DNA from: Gammaproteobacteria bacterium
Lineage (GTDB): Bacteria; Pseudomonadota; Gammaproteobacteria; JADZEE01
Reading direction: 5' to 3'
Length of the DNA stretch: 64,000 nt
Assembly: GCA_050183625.1 (NCBI GenBank)
Contig: JBFXBD010000022.1
Span: forward strand, 23,052-87,051
In this document: piece by piece, positions 48,246 through 57,410 of the stretch
Position numbering within the stretch: position 1 is the stretch's first letter
Layout of the letters: each line of letters opens with the position of its first letter
Translations under genes and position numbers: made by a program
The notes under the pieces: generated by a model
Seen by the model: the letters and a program-made list of their open reading frames with translations, nothing else
What the model was told of the DNA's origin: nothing
Databases searched by the model: none

Positions 48246-49091
48246 ATGCACGATTTCATGTACGGGATGAACAGCGCGTTGATCGCCGCCGTGCTGTTCG
48301 CATCGATGGTGGCGGCACTCGAAGTCGGATACCGCGTCGGCCGGGTGCGAATGGACGGGATCGGCGAGCCGGTCCGATCGCATGTCAACGCGGTGCAGGG
48401 CTCGATGCTCGGCGTGCTGGCGCTGCTCCTGGGGTTCACCCTCTCGCTGGCGTTGCAGCGCTTCGACAGCCGCAGCGAGGCGGTGGTCTCCGAAGCGAAC
48501 GCCATCGGCACGGCCTACCTGCGCGCGGCGCTGCTGCCCGGTGGTCCGCGCGAAGAGGCCGTCGAAGCGCTGCGGGCGTATCTGGACGTGCGCGTGCGTG
48601 CGGGGGCGGTGTCGCTCGATCACGAGCCGACGCGGCTGCTGCTGGCACATGAAGCCAATGCCACGCTGGACAGGCTTTGGAACATCGCTGTGCGCGCGGC
48701 CGAGGTGGACAAGAGCCCCGCCACCACCGGCCTGTTCATCCAGGCATTGAACGAAGCGATCGACGCCTGGGGCCATCGTGACGCTGAGCTCAGCCGCCAC
48801 GTTCCGGAGCCGATCCTCCTCCTGCTCTATGTCACCTTCGTGATAACGGCCGGCGTGGTCGGCTACGGCACAGGCCTGGCGAACCACCGGCCGCCGGGGG
48901 TGACCTACCTGCTGCTGGGTCTCATCGTGGTGCTCGCGTTCATCATCGTCGATCTGGACCGCCCCCGGCGCGGCCTGCTACGGATCGATCAGTCGAGCCT
49001 GCAGCACCTTGCGCAGGCGATGGATGCCGCCGCGCAACCCGCAGCGCCTGGAGCGGCCGCGCCGCGCACGGCCGTGACCGGGCGCCCATGA
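48246..49091 (+). CDS. Hypothetical membrane protein
   Basis: Hydrophobic helices lie at the N- and C-termini with a helical middle region. No recognised family. Confidence 0.45.
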   Translation: MHDFMYGMNSALIAAVLFASMVAALEVGYRVGRVRMDGIGEPVRSHVNAVQGSMLGVLALLLGFTLSLALQRFDSRSEAVVSEANAIGTAYLRAALLPGGPREEAVEALRAYLDVRVRAGAVSLDHEPTRLLLAHEANATLDRLWNIAVRAAEVDKSPATTGLFIQALNEAIDAWGHRDAELSRHVPEPILLLLYVTFVITAGVVGYGTGLANHRPPGVTYLLLGLIVVLAFIIVDLDRPRRGLLRIDQSSLQHLAQAMDAAAQPAAPGAAAPRTAVTGRP

Positions 49092-49149
49092 CCGCGCCGC
49101 GCCGCGTCCGTTGCGAGCCCGAACAGGGTCGGCCCCCGGGAGATTGAGT

Positions 49150-49275
49150 CCATGATCCGGCACATCGTCATTGCGAGCGTAGCGAAGCAATCCATACGGC
49201 GCCGATGTCGTCCAGGCTGCATGGGTTGCCACGGCCGCTGCGCGGCCTCGCAACGACGGCGGTTCAAGGATAGGT
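49150..49275. repeat. Composite palindromic REP/MITE-like element, copy 3
   Basis: It contains tcattgcgagcgtagcgaagcaatcca and ggttgccacggccgctgcgcggcctcgcaacgacggcggttca units. Confidence 0.65.
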
Positions 49276-49331
49276 AAGCGGCCATCGCTGACCACGCGCC
49301 TCCCGGGGGGACCGCCGACGCGATCTCCGCG

Positions 49332-49787
49332 ATGCGGATCTGGGTCGACGCGGACGCCTGTCCCGCGGCCGTCCGCGAGATCCTGTTCCGCGCCGCGGCA
49401 CGGACCCGGATCCTCACGACGCTGGTCGCGAATGCCGCCATCCGCGTCCCGGCCTCGCCGTGGATCGCCTTTCGCAGGGTGGCGCGCGGGTTCGACGAGG
49501 CGGATCGCGCGATCAGCGCGGCACTGCGGGCCGGCGACCTCGTGATCACGGCCGACATCCCGCTCGCCGCCGATGCGGTCGGGCGCGGCGCGTTCGCGCT
49601 GAACCCGCGCGGGGAACTGTACACGCGCGAGAACGTCCGGGAACTGCTGAACATGCGCGACTTCATGGACACGCTGCGCGGCAGCGGCATCCGCACGGGA
49701 GGCCCGCCGCCAATGACGCCCGCGGATCGCAAGGCCTTCGCCGACGCCCTGGATCGGTTCCTGGCCGGGCGCACGCCCGGCCCCTGA
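49332..49787 (+). CDS. YaiI/YqgE-like UPF0178 (DUF188) protein
   Basis: The N-terminal [11 protein letters not shown], with [10 protein letters not shown] downstream, matches the DUF188 family. Confidence 0.7.
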   Translation: MRIWVDADACPAAVREILFRAAARTRILTTLVANAAIRVPASPWIAFRRVARGFDEADRAISAALRAGDLVITADIPLAADAVGRGAFALNPRGELYTRENVRELLNMRDFMDTLRGSGIRTGGPPPMTPADRKAFADALDRFLAGRTPGP

Positions 49788-49789
49788 CC

Positions 49790-50016
49790 GGCGGATTGCG
49801 GCCATGAACCGCCCCTTCGTCGTCGCGAGCTCAGCAAAGCGACCCACGCGGCCTCGATGCCGCCTGCAGCGCGTGGATTGCTTCGTCGCTTCGCTCCTCG
49901 CAATGACGTGCGCGGTTCATGGATAGGCCGCGCAGCGGTCGCGGCAATCCATGCGGCCCGGACGGATTCGGCGCCGCATTGGTCGCTGCGCTCGCGACGA
50001 CGAAGGGGGCATGGCT
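49790..50016. repeat. Composite palindromic REP/MITE-like element, copy 4
   Basis: Three units are chained (ccatgaaccgccccttcgtcgtcgcgagc..., gcgtggattgcttcgtcgcttcgctcctcgcaatgacg, and ggtcgctgcgctcgcgacgacgaagggggcatgg). This generates LLRRFAPRND-type pseudo-ORFs. Confidence 0.7.
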
Positions 50017-50193
50017 TCAGTCTGCAGGAGCCACCCGGTTCGGCTTTGCGATGATGGTGCTCCCCTCGGTCAGTCGGTCCTTGGATGGAGCGGACCGACG
50101 CCGCCGAGGTGCACAGGCGTATCGCGTCCGTCCGCGGAATCGTGCAACATACCGACCCGAACGGGTCCTTGGCGCGCAACGCAGGAGAACGGC

Positions 50194-50658
50194 ATGCGTC
50201 TGGTATCGCACGTATCCATCGGCGTCCGTGACATCGAAAGATCCCTGCACTTCTACCGCGACCTGCTCGGGATGGAAGTGATCATGGACCGCAGCCGCTC
50301 GCTCGGAAAAATCGACGGGATCTATTCGGACGACAAGGAGCATTTCCGGCGCGAGATCTTCCTGCGCTGGCACGGCAACGAGGACATCGACAACGTCTTC
50401 ATCAGCATCTCCACGCCGGAGGGCCAGTCGGATCGCAAGCCGCTGCGTTTCGAGGACCTGGGTATTCATCACGTCGGCTTCTGGGTCGACGACCTGGAAG
50501 CGCGCATGGACCGGCTGCGCAAGGCTGGATGCAAGGTGGTCTACTACGGCGAGTCAGACGGCGAGGAATTCGCCGAGAACAAGGCGCACCGCGTCGTAAG
50601 TGCCATCGTCGAGGATCCGGACGGCACCCTGCTGCAGTTCGATCAGCGCTTCACCTGA
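50194..50658 (+). CDS. VOC-family (glyoxalase/bleomycin-resistance/dioxygenase fold) protein
   Basis: HVSIGVRDIERSLHFYRDLLGMEV is the VOC N-terminal motif, and a second half carries HHVGFWVDDL. AGGAGAA precedes the ATG. Confidence 0.75.
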   Translation: MRLVSHVSIGVRDIERSLHFYRDLLGMEVIMDRSRSLGKIDGIYSDDKEHFRREIFLRWHGNEDIDNVFISISTPEGQSDRKPLRFEDLGIHHVGFWVDDLEARMDRLRKAGCKVVYYGESDGEEFAENKAHRVVSAIVEDPDGTLLQFDQRFT

Positions 50659-50738
50659 CAGCCGCGGATACGGCGCGCAAACGCCGGCGGCGCACGTGAA
50701 GCGGGCGCGCGTTTCCGTTGGAATCCCGGAGGTAGGCA

Positions 50739-51596
50739 ATGCGTGAGACGGCCGATCGCGGAACGGGCGCAAGCGCCATTCCGCGCCTGGATTCCGGATC
50801 CGCGGCTGAAGCGATCGTCCATCATCTCCAGCGCGACGGATGCTGCATCGTCGAGCGTTTGATCGATGTCGCGACGATCCGCGCGGTCAACGAGGATCTC
50901 GCGCCGCACGTGGCCGCGACGCTGCCGTCGCACTTCGAGGCTTCCGGTCGCAGGACGCGGCGCACCGGCGCGTTGATCGCGAAGTCCAGGGCTTCCCACG
51001 CCATCCTCGCCCATCCAGCGGTGACGGCCGCGGCCCGGCTTCTGCTCCAGCCCTGTTCCCGGACCATCCAGTTCGCCGTCACGCAGCATATCAGCGTCGA
51101 TCCGGGGGAACGGGACGGTGCCCTGCACCGCGACGAGTGTGCCTGGGACCTGCCGCCGTTCGCGGTGCCGCTCGAGGTGGAACTGTCGACGATCTGGGCG
51201 CTGGACGACTTCACTGCTGAGAACGGCGCGACTCGAATCGCGCCGGGCAGCCACCGCGGCGATGCCGCGGTCGAATCGTTCGCAGCGATGACGCTGCCTG
51301 CTGAAATGCCCGCCGGCTCGGTGGCGATCTACACCGGCAAGACGGTGCATCGAAGCGGCGCAAACCGGTCCGATGCTCCCCGGCGTGCGCTCCACGTCAC
51401 CTATTGCGCCGACTGGCTGCGGCAGAAGGAGAACCAGTTTCTCTCCACGCCGCCCGAAATCGCCCGGGATCTGGACCCGGACCTGCGCGCGCTCGCGGGT
51501 TACGCGATGGGCGCGTTCATGCTCGGCTACACGCGCAACTTCGAGGATCCGCAGGTTGCACTGTATCCGGAACGGTACATGCCGCTCGGCGGCTAG
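50739..51596 (+). CDS. Phytanoyl-CoA dioxygenase (PhyH) family Fe(II)/2-oxoglutarate oxygenase
   Basis: HRDE is an HxD/E iron ligand motif. The distal His lies in GKTVHRSGANRS. Confidence 0.7.
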   Translation: MRETADRGTGASAIPRLDSGSAAEAIVHHLQRDGCCIVERLIDVATIRAVNEDLAPHVAATLPSHFEASGRRTRRTGALIAKSRASHAILAHPAVTAAARLLLQPCSRTIQFAVTQHISVDPGERDGALHRDECAWDLPPFAVPLEVELSTIWALDDFTAENGATRIAPGSHRGDAAVESFAAMTLPAEMPAGSVAIYTGKTVHRSGANRSDAPRRALHVTYCADWLRQKENQFLSTPPEIARDLDPDLRALAGYAMGAFMLGYTRNFEDPQVALYPERYMPLGG

Positions 51597-51838
51597 GCGG
51601 CATAGACCTCGGGGCTTGCGCGCCGGCGCAGGCCGGGGGCCAGCATGAGCAGGCCGGAGATCCGCAACGGCAGGCATGATTCCTCCCTCCGATCCAGCCA
51701 CCGTATCCGCGCTGCTGCGTCTACGGATCTAACCGGGCTCGCGGGGTGAAGTGTTCTGATGGAACGCACCATTCGCTATAGTGTCCAAGGTTCTTGGCTT
51801 CAGCGCGTTGCAGAGCCCAGCCGACAGGAGAATCCCGC

Positions 51839-52327
51839 GTGGCAAAGTTGAAAGTCAACGGTCGGATCGTCGATGTCGAGGTCGAGCCGGACACCCCCCT
51901 GCTCTGGGTGCTGCGCGAGCAGCTCGGCCTGACCGGTACCAAGTACGGCTGCGGTATCGCCCAGTGCGGTTCCTGCACCGTATTGATCGGTGGCACTGCG
52001 ATCCGAAGCTGCGTCATGCCGGTCTCCGCGGTCGCCGCGGATCAGGACGTCGTCACGATCGAAGGGCTCTCGCCGCAGGGCAACCATCCGGTGCAACAGG
52101 CCTGGGCGGAGCTGGACGTACCGCAGTGCGGTTATTGCCAGGCCGGAATGATCATGGCGGCAACCGCGCTGCTCAACGCCAATCGCTCGCCCACGGACGA
52201 CGACATCGACGCCCAGATCACGAACATCTGCCGCTGCGGCACCTACAACCGCGTGCGCGCGGCCATCAAGCTGGCGGCGCGCAGCGGCGTGGCAGCCGCG
52301 GTTTCAGCAAGCGAGGAACGTTCATGA
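51839..52327 (+). CDS. iorA: [2Fe-2S]-binding small subunit of a molybdenum hydroxylase (IorA-like)
   Basis: [11 protein letters not shown] is the plant-type ferredoxin cluster motif. [11 protein letters not shown]...CRCGTY is the second cluster motif. CAGGAGAA precedes the GTG at 51839. Confidence 0.8.
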   Translation: MAKLKVNGRIVDVEVEPDTPLLWVLREQLGLTGTKYGCGIAQCGSCTVLIGGTAIRSCVMPVSAVAADQDVVTIEGLSPQGNHPVQQAWAELDVPQCGYCQAGMIMAATALLNANRSPTDDDIDAQITNICRCGTYNRVRAAIKLAARSGVAAAVSASEERS

Positions 52328-54510
52328 GCGGCATCGATGCATCGGCGCGGGTTTCGCGTCGCCAGTTTCTCGCCGGCGCGGCGGGCACCGGCCTGTTGTT
52401 GGGCTTTCATTTCCCGATGCGTGCCGCGGCCGAGGCCGGAAGCGCGGCCGCCGCGCTTCCCGAGATCAACGCCTGGGTCCAGATCGAATCCGACGAGCGC
52501 GTGATCATCCGCATCGCGCGCTCGGAGATGGGGCAAGGCACCCTGACCGGCCTGGCGCAGCTCGTGGCCGAGGAGCTGGAATGCGATTGGTCGCGCGTGA
52601 CCACGGAATATCCCACGCCCGGGGCGAACCTGGCGCGCAATCGCGTCTGGGGCGACTTCATGACCGGCGGCAGTCGCGGCATCCGGGCCAGCCAGGAGTA
52701 CGTGCGCAAGGGCGGCGCAGCGGCGCGCATGATGCTGGTACAGGCCGCCGCGAACCAGTTCGGCGTGCCGGCATCCGAGTGCCGCGTGGAGCGCGGCGTG
52801 ATTACCCACCCGGCGTCGAATCGTCGCACGACGTACGGCCAGGTGGCTGCCGCCGCCGCGAAGCTCGAACCGCCGGCCGACGTGCCACTGAAGGATCCCG
52901 GCGCGTGGACCGTGGCGGGCCGGTCGGTCAAGCGCCTGGACACGCTCGACAAGCTCACGGGCAAGCAGGTGTTCGGCGTCGATCTGAAACTGCCCGGGAT
53001 GTTGAATGCAGCAATCAAGGACTGCCCGGTGTTCGGCGGAACCTTGAAGAGCTTCGACCCGGCGGCGGTGCAGAAGATGCCCGGCGTGCAGAAGGTCGTG
53101 CGCGTCGGCGATTCCGCGGTGGCCGTGGTCGCGGATACCTGGTGGCGCGCCAAGACCGCGCTCGACGCGTTGCCGATCGTCTGGGATGAGGGGCCGAATG
53201 CGTCGATATCCAGCGCCGACATCGATGCGCTGGTTGCGAGCGGCCTGGATGCGGAGCAGGCGGTCGTCGGCAATCAGGCGGGCGACGTGAAATCGGCCAT
53301 CCGCACCGCGGCGAAAACCGTCGAAGCGGTGTACAGCTTTCCGTTCCAGAATCACGCCACCATGGAACCCATGACGGCAACCGCGCGCTGGACACCCGAG
53401 CGGTGCGAGGTCTGGTGCCCGACCCAGAACGGCGAGGCCGCGCTCGCCGTCGCCATCGAAGCGTCGGGCCTGCGCGCCGAGCAGTGCGACGTCCACAAAT
53501 TTCATCTCGGCGGAGGGTTCGGCCGGCGCGGCCAGTCGGACTACGTACGCCAGGCGATAGCGATCGCCAGGCAGGTCCCCGGCACGCCGGTCAAGCTCAT
53601 CTGGACCCGGCAGGAGGACATGCTGCACGGCTATTTTCACCCCACCACCCAATGCAGGCTGACCGGCGCGCTCGACGCGCACGGCAACCTGACCGGCCTG
53701 CACATGCGCATATCAGGGCAGTCGATCCTTGCGGCGCTGATGCCGCAGAACGTGCAGAACGGGCGTGATCCCGTCGTCTTCCAAGGGCTGCTGCCCGAGG
53801 GTTCGGAGGGGCGGCTCGGCTACGACATTGCCAATCTGCTGATCGATCACGCCATGCGCAACCCGCACATCCGCCCGGGGTTCTGGCGCGGCGTGAACCA
53901 CAACCAGAACGCAATCTACCTGGAGTGCTTCATCGACGAGTGCGCCCACGCGGCGGGACGCGATCCCCTGGAGTTCCGGCGCGCGCTGATGGCAAATCAC
54001 CCCAGGCACCTGGCGGCGCTGAATGCCGCCGCGGAGCGCGCCGGCTGGGGCAAGCCGGCGGCGCCGGGGGTGCACCGCGGCCTGGCGCAGATCATGGGGT
54101 TCGGTTCCTACGTCGCGGCCGTAGCCGAAGTCTCGGTGAGCGCGGCGGGCAAGCTCAGGATCCATCGCATCGTCGCGGCGACCGACACCGGCGTCGTCGT
54201 CAACCCCCAGCAGGTCGAAGCGCAGGTGGAAGGCTCGTTCGTCTACGGCCTGTCCGCCGTCCTGTTCGGTGCATGCACCGTGGCCAATGGACGGATCGTG
54301 GAGACCAACTTCGATACCTACCCCGTGATGCGCATGGACTCCATGCCCGCCGTGGAAACGGAGCTCCTGGCCTCGGGCGGGTTCTGGGGCGGCGTCGGCG
54401 AGCCGACCATCGCGGTCGCCGGGCCTGCCGTGCTGAACGCGATCTTCGCGGCGACAGGCAAGCGGATCCGTCGCCTGCCGTTGAAGGACCAGGACATCCG
54501 TCCAGCCTGA
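52324..54510 (+). CDS. iorB: Molybdopterin-binding large subunit of xanthine-oxidase-family hydroxylase (IorB/membrane aldehyde dehydrogenase-like), TAT-exported
   Basis: [11 protein letters not shown] is a twin-arginine signal. It is 728 aa with aldehyde oxidase / xanthine dehydrogenase MPT-domain motifs. The start overlaps the iorA stop (ATGA). Confidence 0.8.
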   Translation: MSGIDASARVSRRQFLAGAAGTGLLLGFHFPMRAAAEAGSAAAALPEINAWVQIESDERVIIRIARSEMGQGTLTGLAQLVAEELECDWSRVTTEYPTPGANLARNRVWGDFMTGGSRGIRASQEYVRKGGAAARMMLVQAAANQFGVPASECRVERGVITHPASNRRTTYGQVAAAAAKLEPPADVPLKDPGAWTVAGRSVKRLDTLDKLTGKQVFGVDLKLPGMLNAAIKDCPVFGGTLKSFDPAAVQKMPGVQKVVRVGDSAVAVVADTWWRAKTALDALPIVWDEGPNASISSADIDALVASGLDAEQAVVGNQAGDVKSAIRTAAKTVEAVYSFPFQNHATMEPMTATARWTPERCEVWCPTQNGEAALAVAIEASGLRAEQCDVHKFHLGGGFGRRGQSDYVRQAIAIARQVPGTPVKLIWTRQEDMLHGYFHPTTQCRLTGALDAHGNLTGLHMRISGQSILAALMPQNVQNGRDPVVFQGLLPEGSEGRLGYDIANLLIDHAMRNPHIRPGFWRGVNHNQNAIYLECFIDECAHAAGRDPLEFRRALMANHPRHLAALNAAAERAGWGKPAAPGVHRGLAQIMGFGSYVAAVAEVSVSAAGKLRIHRIVAATDTGVVVNPQQVEAQVEGSFVYGLSAVLFGACTVANGRIVETNFDTYPVMRMDSMPAVETELLASGGFWGGVGEPTIAVAGPAVLNAIFAATGKRIRRLPLKDQDIRPA

Positions 54511-54518
54511 GCACTGCC

Positions 54519-54815
54519 ATGCGCGACACGCTGGTACTGGTTGCGACCATGCTGTCGCCGCTCGCGGCGGCAGCGGGGGGCACCGGTGATCGCGCGCCGC
54601 CGGGTGCTGAGTCCTGCTACGGCTGTCATCGCTCTTCGGGCGCGGACCCGGGGCCCGTGCCCTCGCTCGCGGGATTGTCCGCGGCGTCGATTGCCGAGGC
54701 GATGCGGGCGTTTCGCGCGGGCGAGCGCACACCGACCGTGATGGATCGCATTGCCAGGGGATACTCGGCAGAAGAAGTCGAGCGCCTCGCGACCTGGCTG
54801 GCATCGCAACGCTAG
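54519..54815 (+). CDS. Small monoheme c-type cytochrome (FccA/SoxE-like)
   Basis: It is 98 aa with a CYGCH heme motif after a signal-like N-terminus. It starts 8 nt after the iorB stop, and a flavoprotein gene lies 7 nt downstream. Confidence 0.65.
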   Translation: MRDTLVLVATMLSPLAAAAGGTGDRAPPGAESCYGCHRSSGADPGPVPSLAGLSAASIAEAMRAFRAGERTPTVMDRIARGYSAEEVERLATWLASQR

Positions 54816-54822
54816 CGGGACC

Positions 54823-56100
54823 GTGAACGCAGGAGCAACGCCCTTTTCACGCCGCGCCTTCCTGGCTGGCGCGGGAACGTTCGCGTCTCTGGCGATCTTA
54901 CGGCGCGCGCGTGCGGACCGAACCGCGCGGGTGGTCGTCGTGGGCGGAGGATTCGCTGGCGCCAGTGCCGCACGCCGCCTGGCGCTACGGGGCTTGCGGG
55001 TCCATCTCGTCGAAGAGGACGGCAACTACACCGCTTGCCCATTCAGCAACAGCGTCGTGGCCGGCGTGCGTGATCCCGAGCGGCAACTTTTCGGCTATCG
55101 GGCGGTCGAGAAAGCTGGCGTCAGCCGTGTCCGGCTCCGGGCGGTCGGAGTCGATGCCGATCGACGGCGCGTCACCCTGAGCGACGGTTCGACACTGGAC
55201 TACGACCGCCTGATCCTGGCTCCGGGGATCGAAGTACGCCTGGATGCGCTGCCCGGCTACGACGCGGCGGCCTCCCGGCGAATGCCGCACGCGTGGCAGG
55301 CGGGCGCGCAGACGCTGCTGTTGCGGCGCCAGCTCGAAGCGATGAACGACGGCGGCACCGTCGTCATCGTGGTGCCACCGAATCCGTATCGGTGCCCGCC
55401 GGGACCATACGAGCGGGCAAGCCTGATCGCGCATTACCTCGAGACGCGCAAGCCGCGCTCGAAGCTGATCGTGCTCGATGCGAAGGACACGTTTTCCAAG
55501 CAGCCGCTGTTCGTGGCGGCCTGGAAGGACCTGTATCCGGGGATCATCGAGTACGTGCCCCTGTCGGACGGTGGGAAGGTGATTTCCGTCGATGCCAAGT
55601 CGCTCAGCGTCGAGGCCGAGTTCGGACGGCACCGTGCTGATGTGGCGAACGTGATTGCGCCGCAACGCGCGGCGCGCATCGCCGATCAGGCCGGCGTGGC
55701 GGATCGAAGCGGTTGGTGTCCGATCGATCCGATTACGTTCGAGTCGCGGCTGATCCCGAAGATCCACGTGATCGGCGATGCGGCGATCGGCGGCGCAATG
55801 CCCAAGTCGGCGTTCGTCGCCAACCAGCAGGCGATTGCCTGCGCGGCCGCGGTCGCGGACCTGATTGCCGGCGTCGTGCCGGCCACGCCGAAGCTCGTGA
55901 ACACCTGCTACAGCCTGGTCGCGCCCGACTACGGCATATCGATTGCCGGCGTGTTTGCACCCAACGCGGACGGCGTGCTGGCCGAAGTGCCCGGTTCGGG
56001 GGGACTCAGCCCGATCGATGCGCCACGCGCGGTGCGCGCGCTGGAAGCGCGTTATGCCCAGGCGTGGTTCGATACGATCACGCGCGATGTCTTTGGTTGA
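54823..56100 (+). CDS. fccB: Flavocytochrome c sulfide dehydrogenase flavoprotein subunit (FccB/SoxF-like)
   Basis: SRRAFLAGAGTFAS is a TAT signal. VVVVGGGFAGASAARRLA is an FAD motif, with FccB-type C-terminal region. A GTG start at 54823 is assumed, because the longer ATG start would overlap the cytochrome gene. Confidence 0.7.
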   Translation: MNAGATPFSRRAFLAGAGTFASLAILRRARADRTARVVVVGGGFAGASAARRLALRGLRVHLVEEDGNYTACPFSNSVVAGVRDPERQLFGYRAVEKAGVSRVRLRAVGVDADRRRVTLSDGSTLDYDRLILAPGIEVRLDALPGYDAAASRRMPHAWQAGAQTLLLRRQLEAMNDGGTVVIVVPPNPYRCPPGPYERASLIAHYLETRKPRSKLIVLDAKDTFSKQPLFVAAWKDLYPGIIEYVPLSDGGKVISVDAKSLSVEAEFGRHRADVANVIAPQRAARIADQAGVADRSGWCPIDPITFESRLIPKIHVIGDAAIGGAMPKSAFVANQQAIACAAAVADLIAGVVPATPKLVNTCYSLVAPDYGISIAGVFAPNADGVLAEVPGSGGLSPIDAPRAVRALEARYAQAWFDTITRDVFG

Positions 56101-56555
56101 TGCGCGCCTGGATGCCGATGGCCATGCTCGTGCTCTCGACGGCGCAGGCCGAGGAAGGCGAACGCGCCGGTACGTCGCTCACCGGTCGTCCGGGTGATCC
56201 CGCCCGAGGCCGGGAGATCGTCGTCAGCCGTGAGCACGGCCTGTGCCTGCTCTGCCATTCCGGACCGTTTCCGCAGGAGCGCTTCCAGGGCGACCTGGCG
56301 ACGGACCTGAGCGGTGCGGGCACACGGTGGACCGCGAGCGAACTCCGCCTGCGACTGATGGACCCGCAATCGTTGGACCCCGCCTCGATCATGCCGGCGT
56401 ACTATCGAACCGAGGGACTGACCCGCGTCGGCGCGGGCTGGCGCGGGCGTACCGTTCTCAGCGCCGGGCAGATCGAAGACGTCGTCGCTTTCCTGATGAC
56501 GTTGCGCGATCCGAACGCGTCGGAACCGGGCGCGAACGGGGAGGGTGGGCGATGA
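56100..56555 (+). CDS. soxX: SoxX-type monoheme cytochrome c
   Basis: CLLCH is a heme motif, and LRLRLMDPQSLDPASIMPAYYRTEGLTRV matches the SoxX C-terminal signature. The ATG overlaps the fccB stop. Confidence 0.7.
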   Translation: MRAWMPMAMLVLSTAQAEEGERAGTSLTGRPGDPARGREIVVSREHGLCLLCHSGPFPQERFQGDLATDLSGAGTRWTASELRLRLMDPQSLDPASIMPAYYRTEGLTRVGAGWRGRTVLSAGQIEDVVAFLMTLRDPNASEPGANGEGGR

Positions 56556-57028
56556 AGCCCCGGACGTCCAGGCGCCGTCTGACGCGGCGGGAGCTGATTG
56601 CACGTGGGAACGGCGTGGCGCTCGCACTGCTGCTGAGCTCTGCGAAAGCCGATCCGGAGGGCCTCGCGGCGGCGATTGCCGAGTTCACCGGCGGGCGTGC
56701 GCCGAGTCCGCAGCGCGTGACACTCGACATCCCCCCGCTCGTCGAGAACGGTAATTCGGTACCCGCGACCGTCACGGTGGAAAGCCCGATGTCGCAGGCC
56801 GACTACGTACGCCGCATCGCCCTGTTCGCGCAGAAGAACCCACAACCCCTGATTGCCGTGTTCACGGTCGGTCCGCGGTCAGGCCGTGCGAAAGTGTCCA
56901 TCCGCTTTCGCCTGCGTGGCTCGCAGCAAGTGGTGGCAGTGGCGGAGCTCTCCGACGGCAGCTACTGTTCGGCGAGCGCCGAAGTGCTGGTCACGCTCGC
57001 CGCCTGCGTCGAGAGCGAACCGGCCTGA
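56552..57028 (+). CDS. SoxY-homologous sulfur-carrier protein with a non-canonical AACVE C-terminal arm
   Basis: There is a TAT-like N-terminus and a full SoxY core (EFTGG...VENGNSVP...SPMSQADYVRRIALFA...VVAVAELSDGS). It ends ...VLVTLAACVESEPA rather than ...VTIGGCGG. GGGGAGGG lies upstream, and the start overlaps the soxX stop. Confidence 0.75.
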   Translation: MKPRTSRRRLTRRELIARGNGVALALLLSSAKADPEGLAAAIAEFTGGRAPSPQRVTLDIPPLVENGNSVPATVTVESPMSQADYVRRIALFAQKNPQPLIAVFTVGPRSGRAKVSIRFRLRGSQQVVAVAELSDGSYCSASAEVLVTLAACVESEPA

Positions 57029-57045
57029 ATGCGGGGAACTCCGGG

Positions 57046-57366
57046 GTGAACCGCGCGTTGATCAATCTGCCGCGGACCGCCAGGCGCGGCGACATCGTCG
57101 AAATCCGGGTGCTCATCGCGCATCCGATGGAATCCGGATTTCGCGCGGGGGCCGATGGCGCACTGCTGCCGCGCAATATCATCACGCGTTTCACCTGCCG
57201 CTATCGGGGGGTCGAGGTGTTCAGCGCCGAGTTCTATCCCTCGGTCGCGGCCAATCCGTTCCTTTCGTTTCCGCTGATTGCCGAGGAAAGCGGCGAGCTG
57301 TTGTTCACGTGGACGGGCGACCACGGCTTCGAGCAGTCCGAGACGGCCACGTTGGCGGTCGAATGA
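57046..57366 (+). CDS. soxZ: SoxZ sulfur-carrier complex subunit
   Basis: RGDIVEIRVLIAHPMESGFR and FTWTGDHGFEQSETATLAVE are typical SoxZ motifs. It is 106 aa. Confidence 0.8.
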   Translation: MNRALINLPRTARRGDIVEIRVLIAHPMESGFRAGADGALLPRNIITRFTCRYRGVEVFSAEFYPSVAANPFLSFPLIAEESGELLFTWTGDHGFEQSETATLAVE

Positions 57367-57410
57367 GAGGTGGGGTTTTCGAGGGCGCGCCGATACGGCC
57401 TGGGCCGTCG

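Noticed and set aside
54519-56100. Small cytochrome c as third subunit of the IorAB aldehyde dehydrogenase rather than FccA
   Set aside because: This is not fully excluded. However, membrane ALDH cytochrome subunits are large triheme proteins, whereas a 98-aa monoheme cytochrome directly followed by an FccB-like flavoprotein fits flavocytochrome c better.
56990-57028. SoxY C-terminus as a frameshifted GGCGG
   Set aside because: The AACVESEPA ending is read in the same frame as the conserved SoxY core and terminates at a clean TGA. No alternative frame nearby encodes GGCGG.
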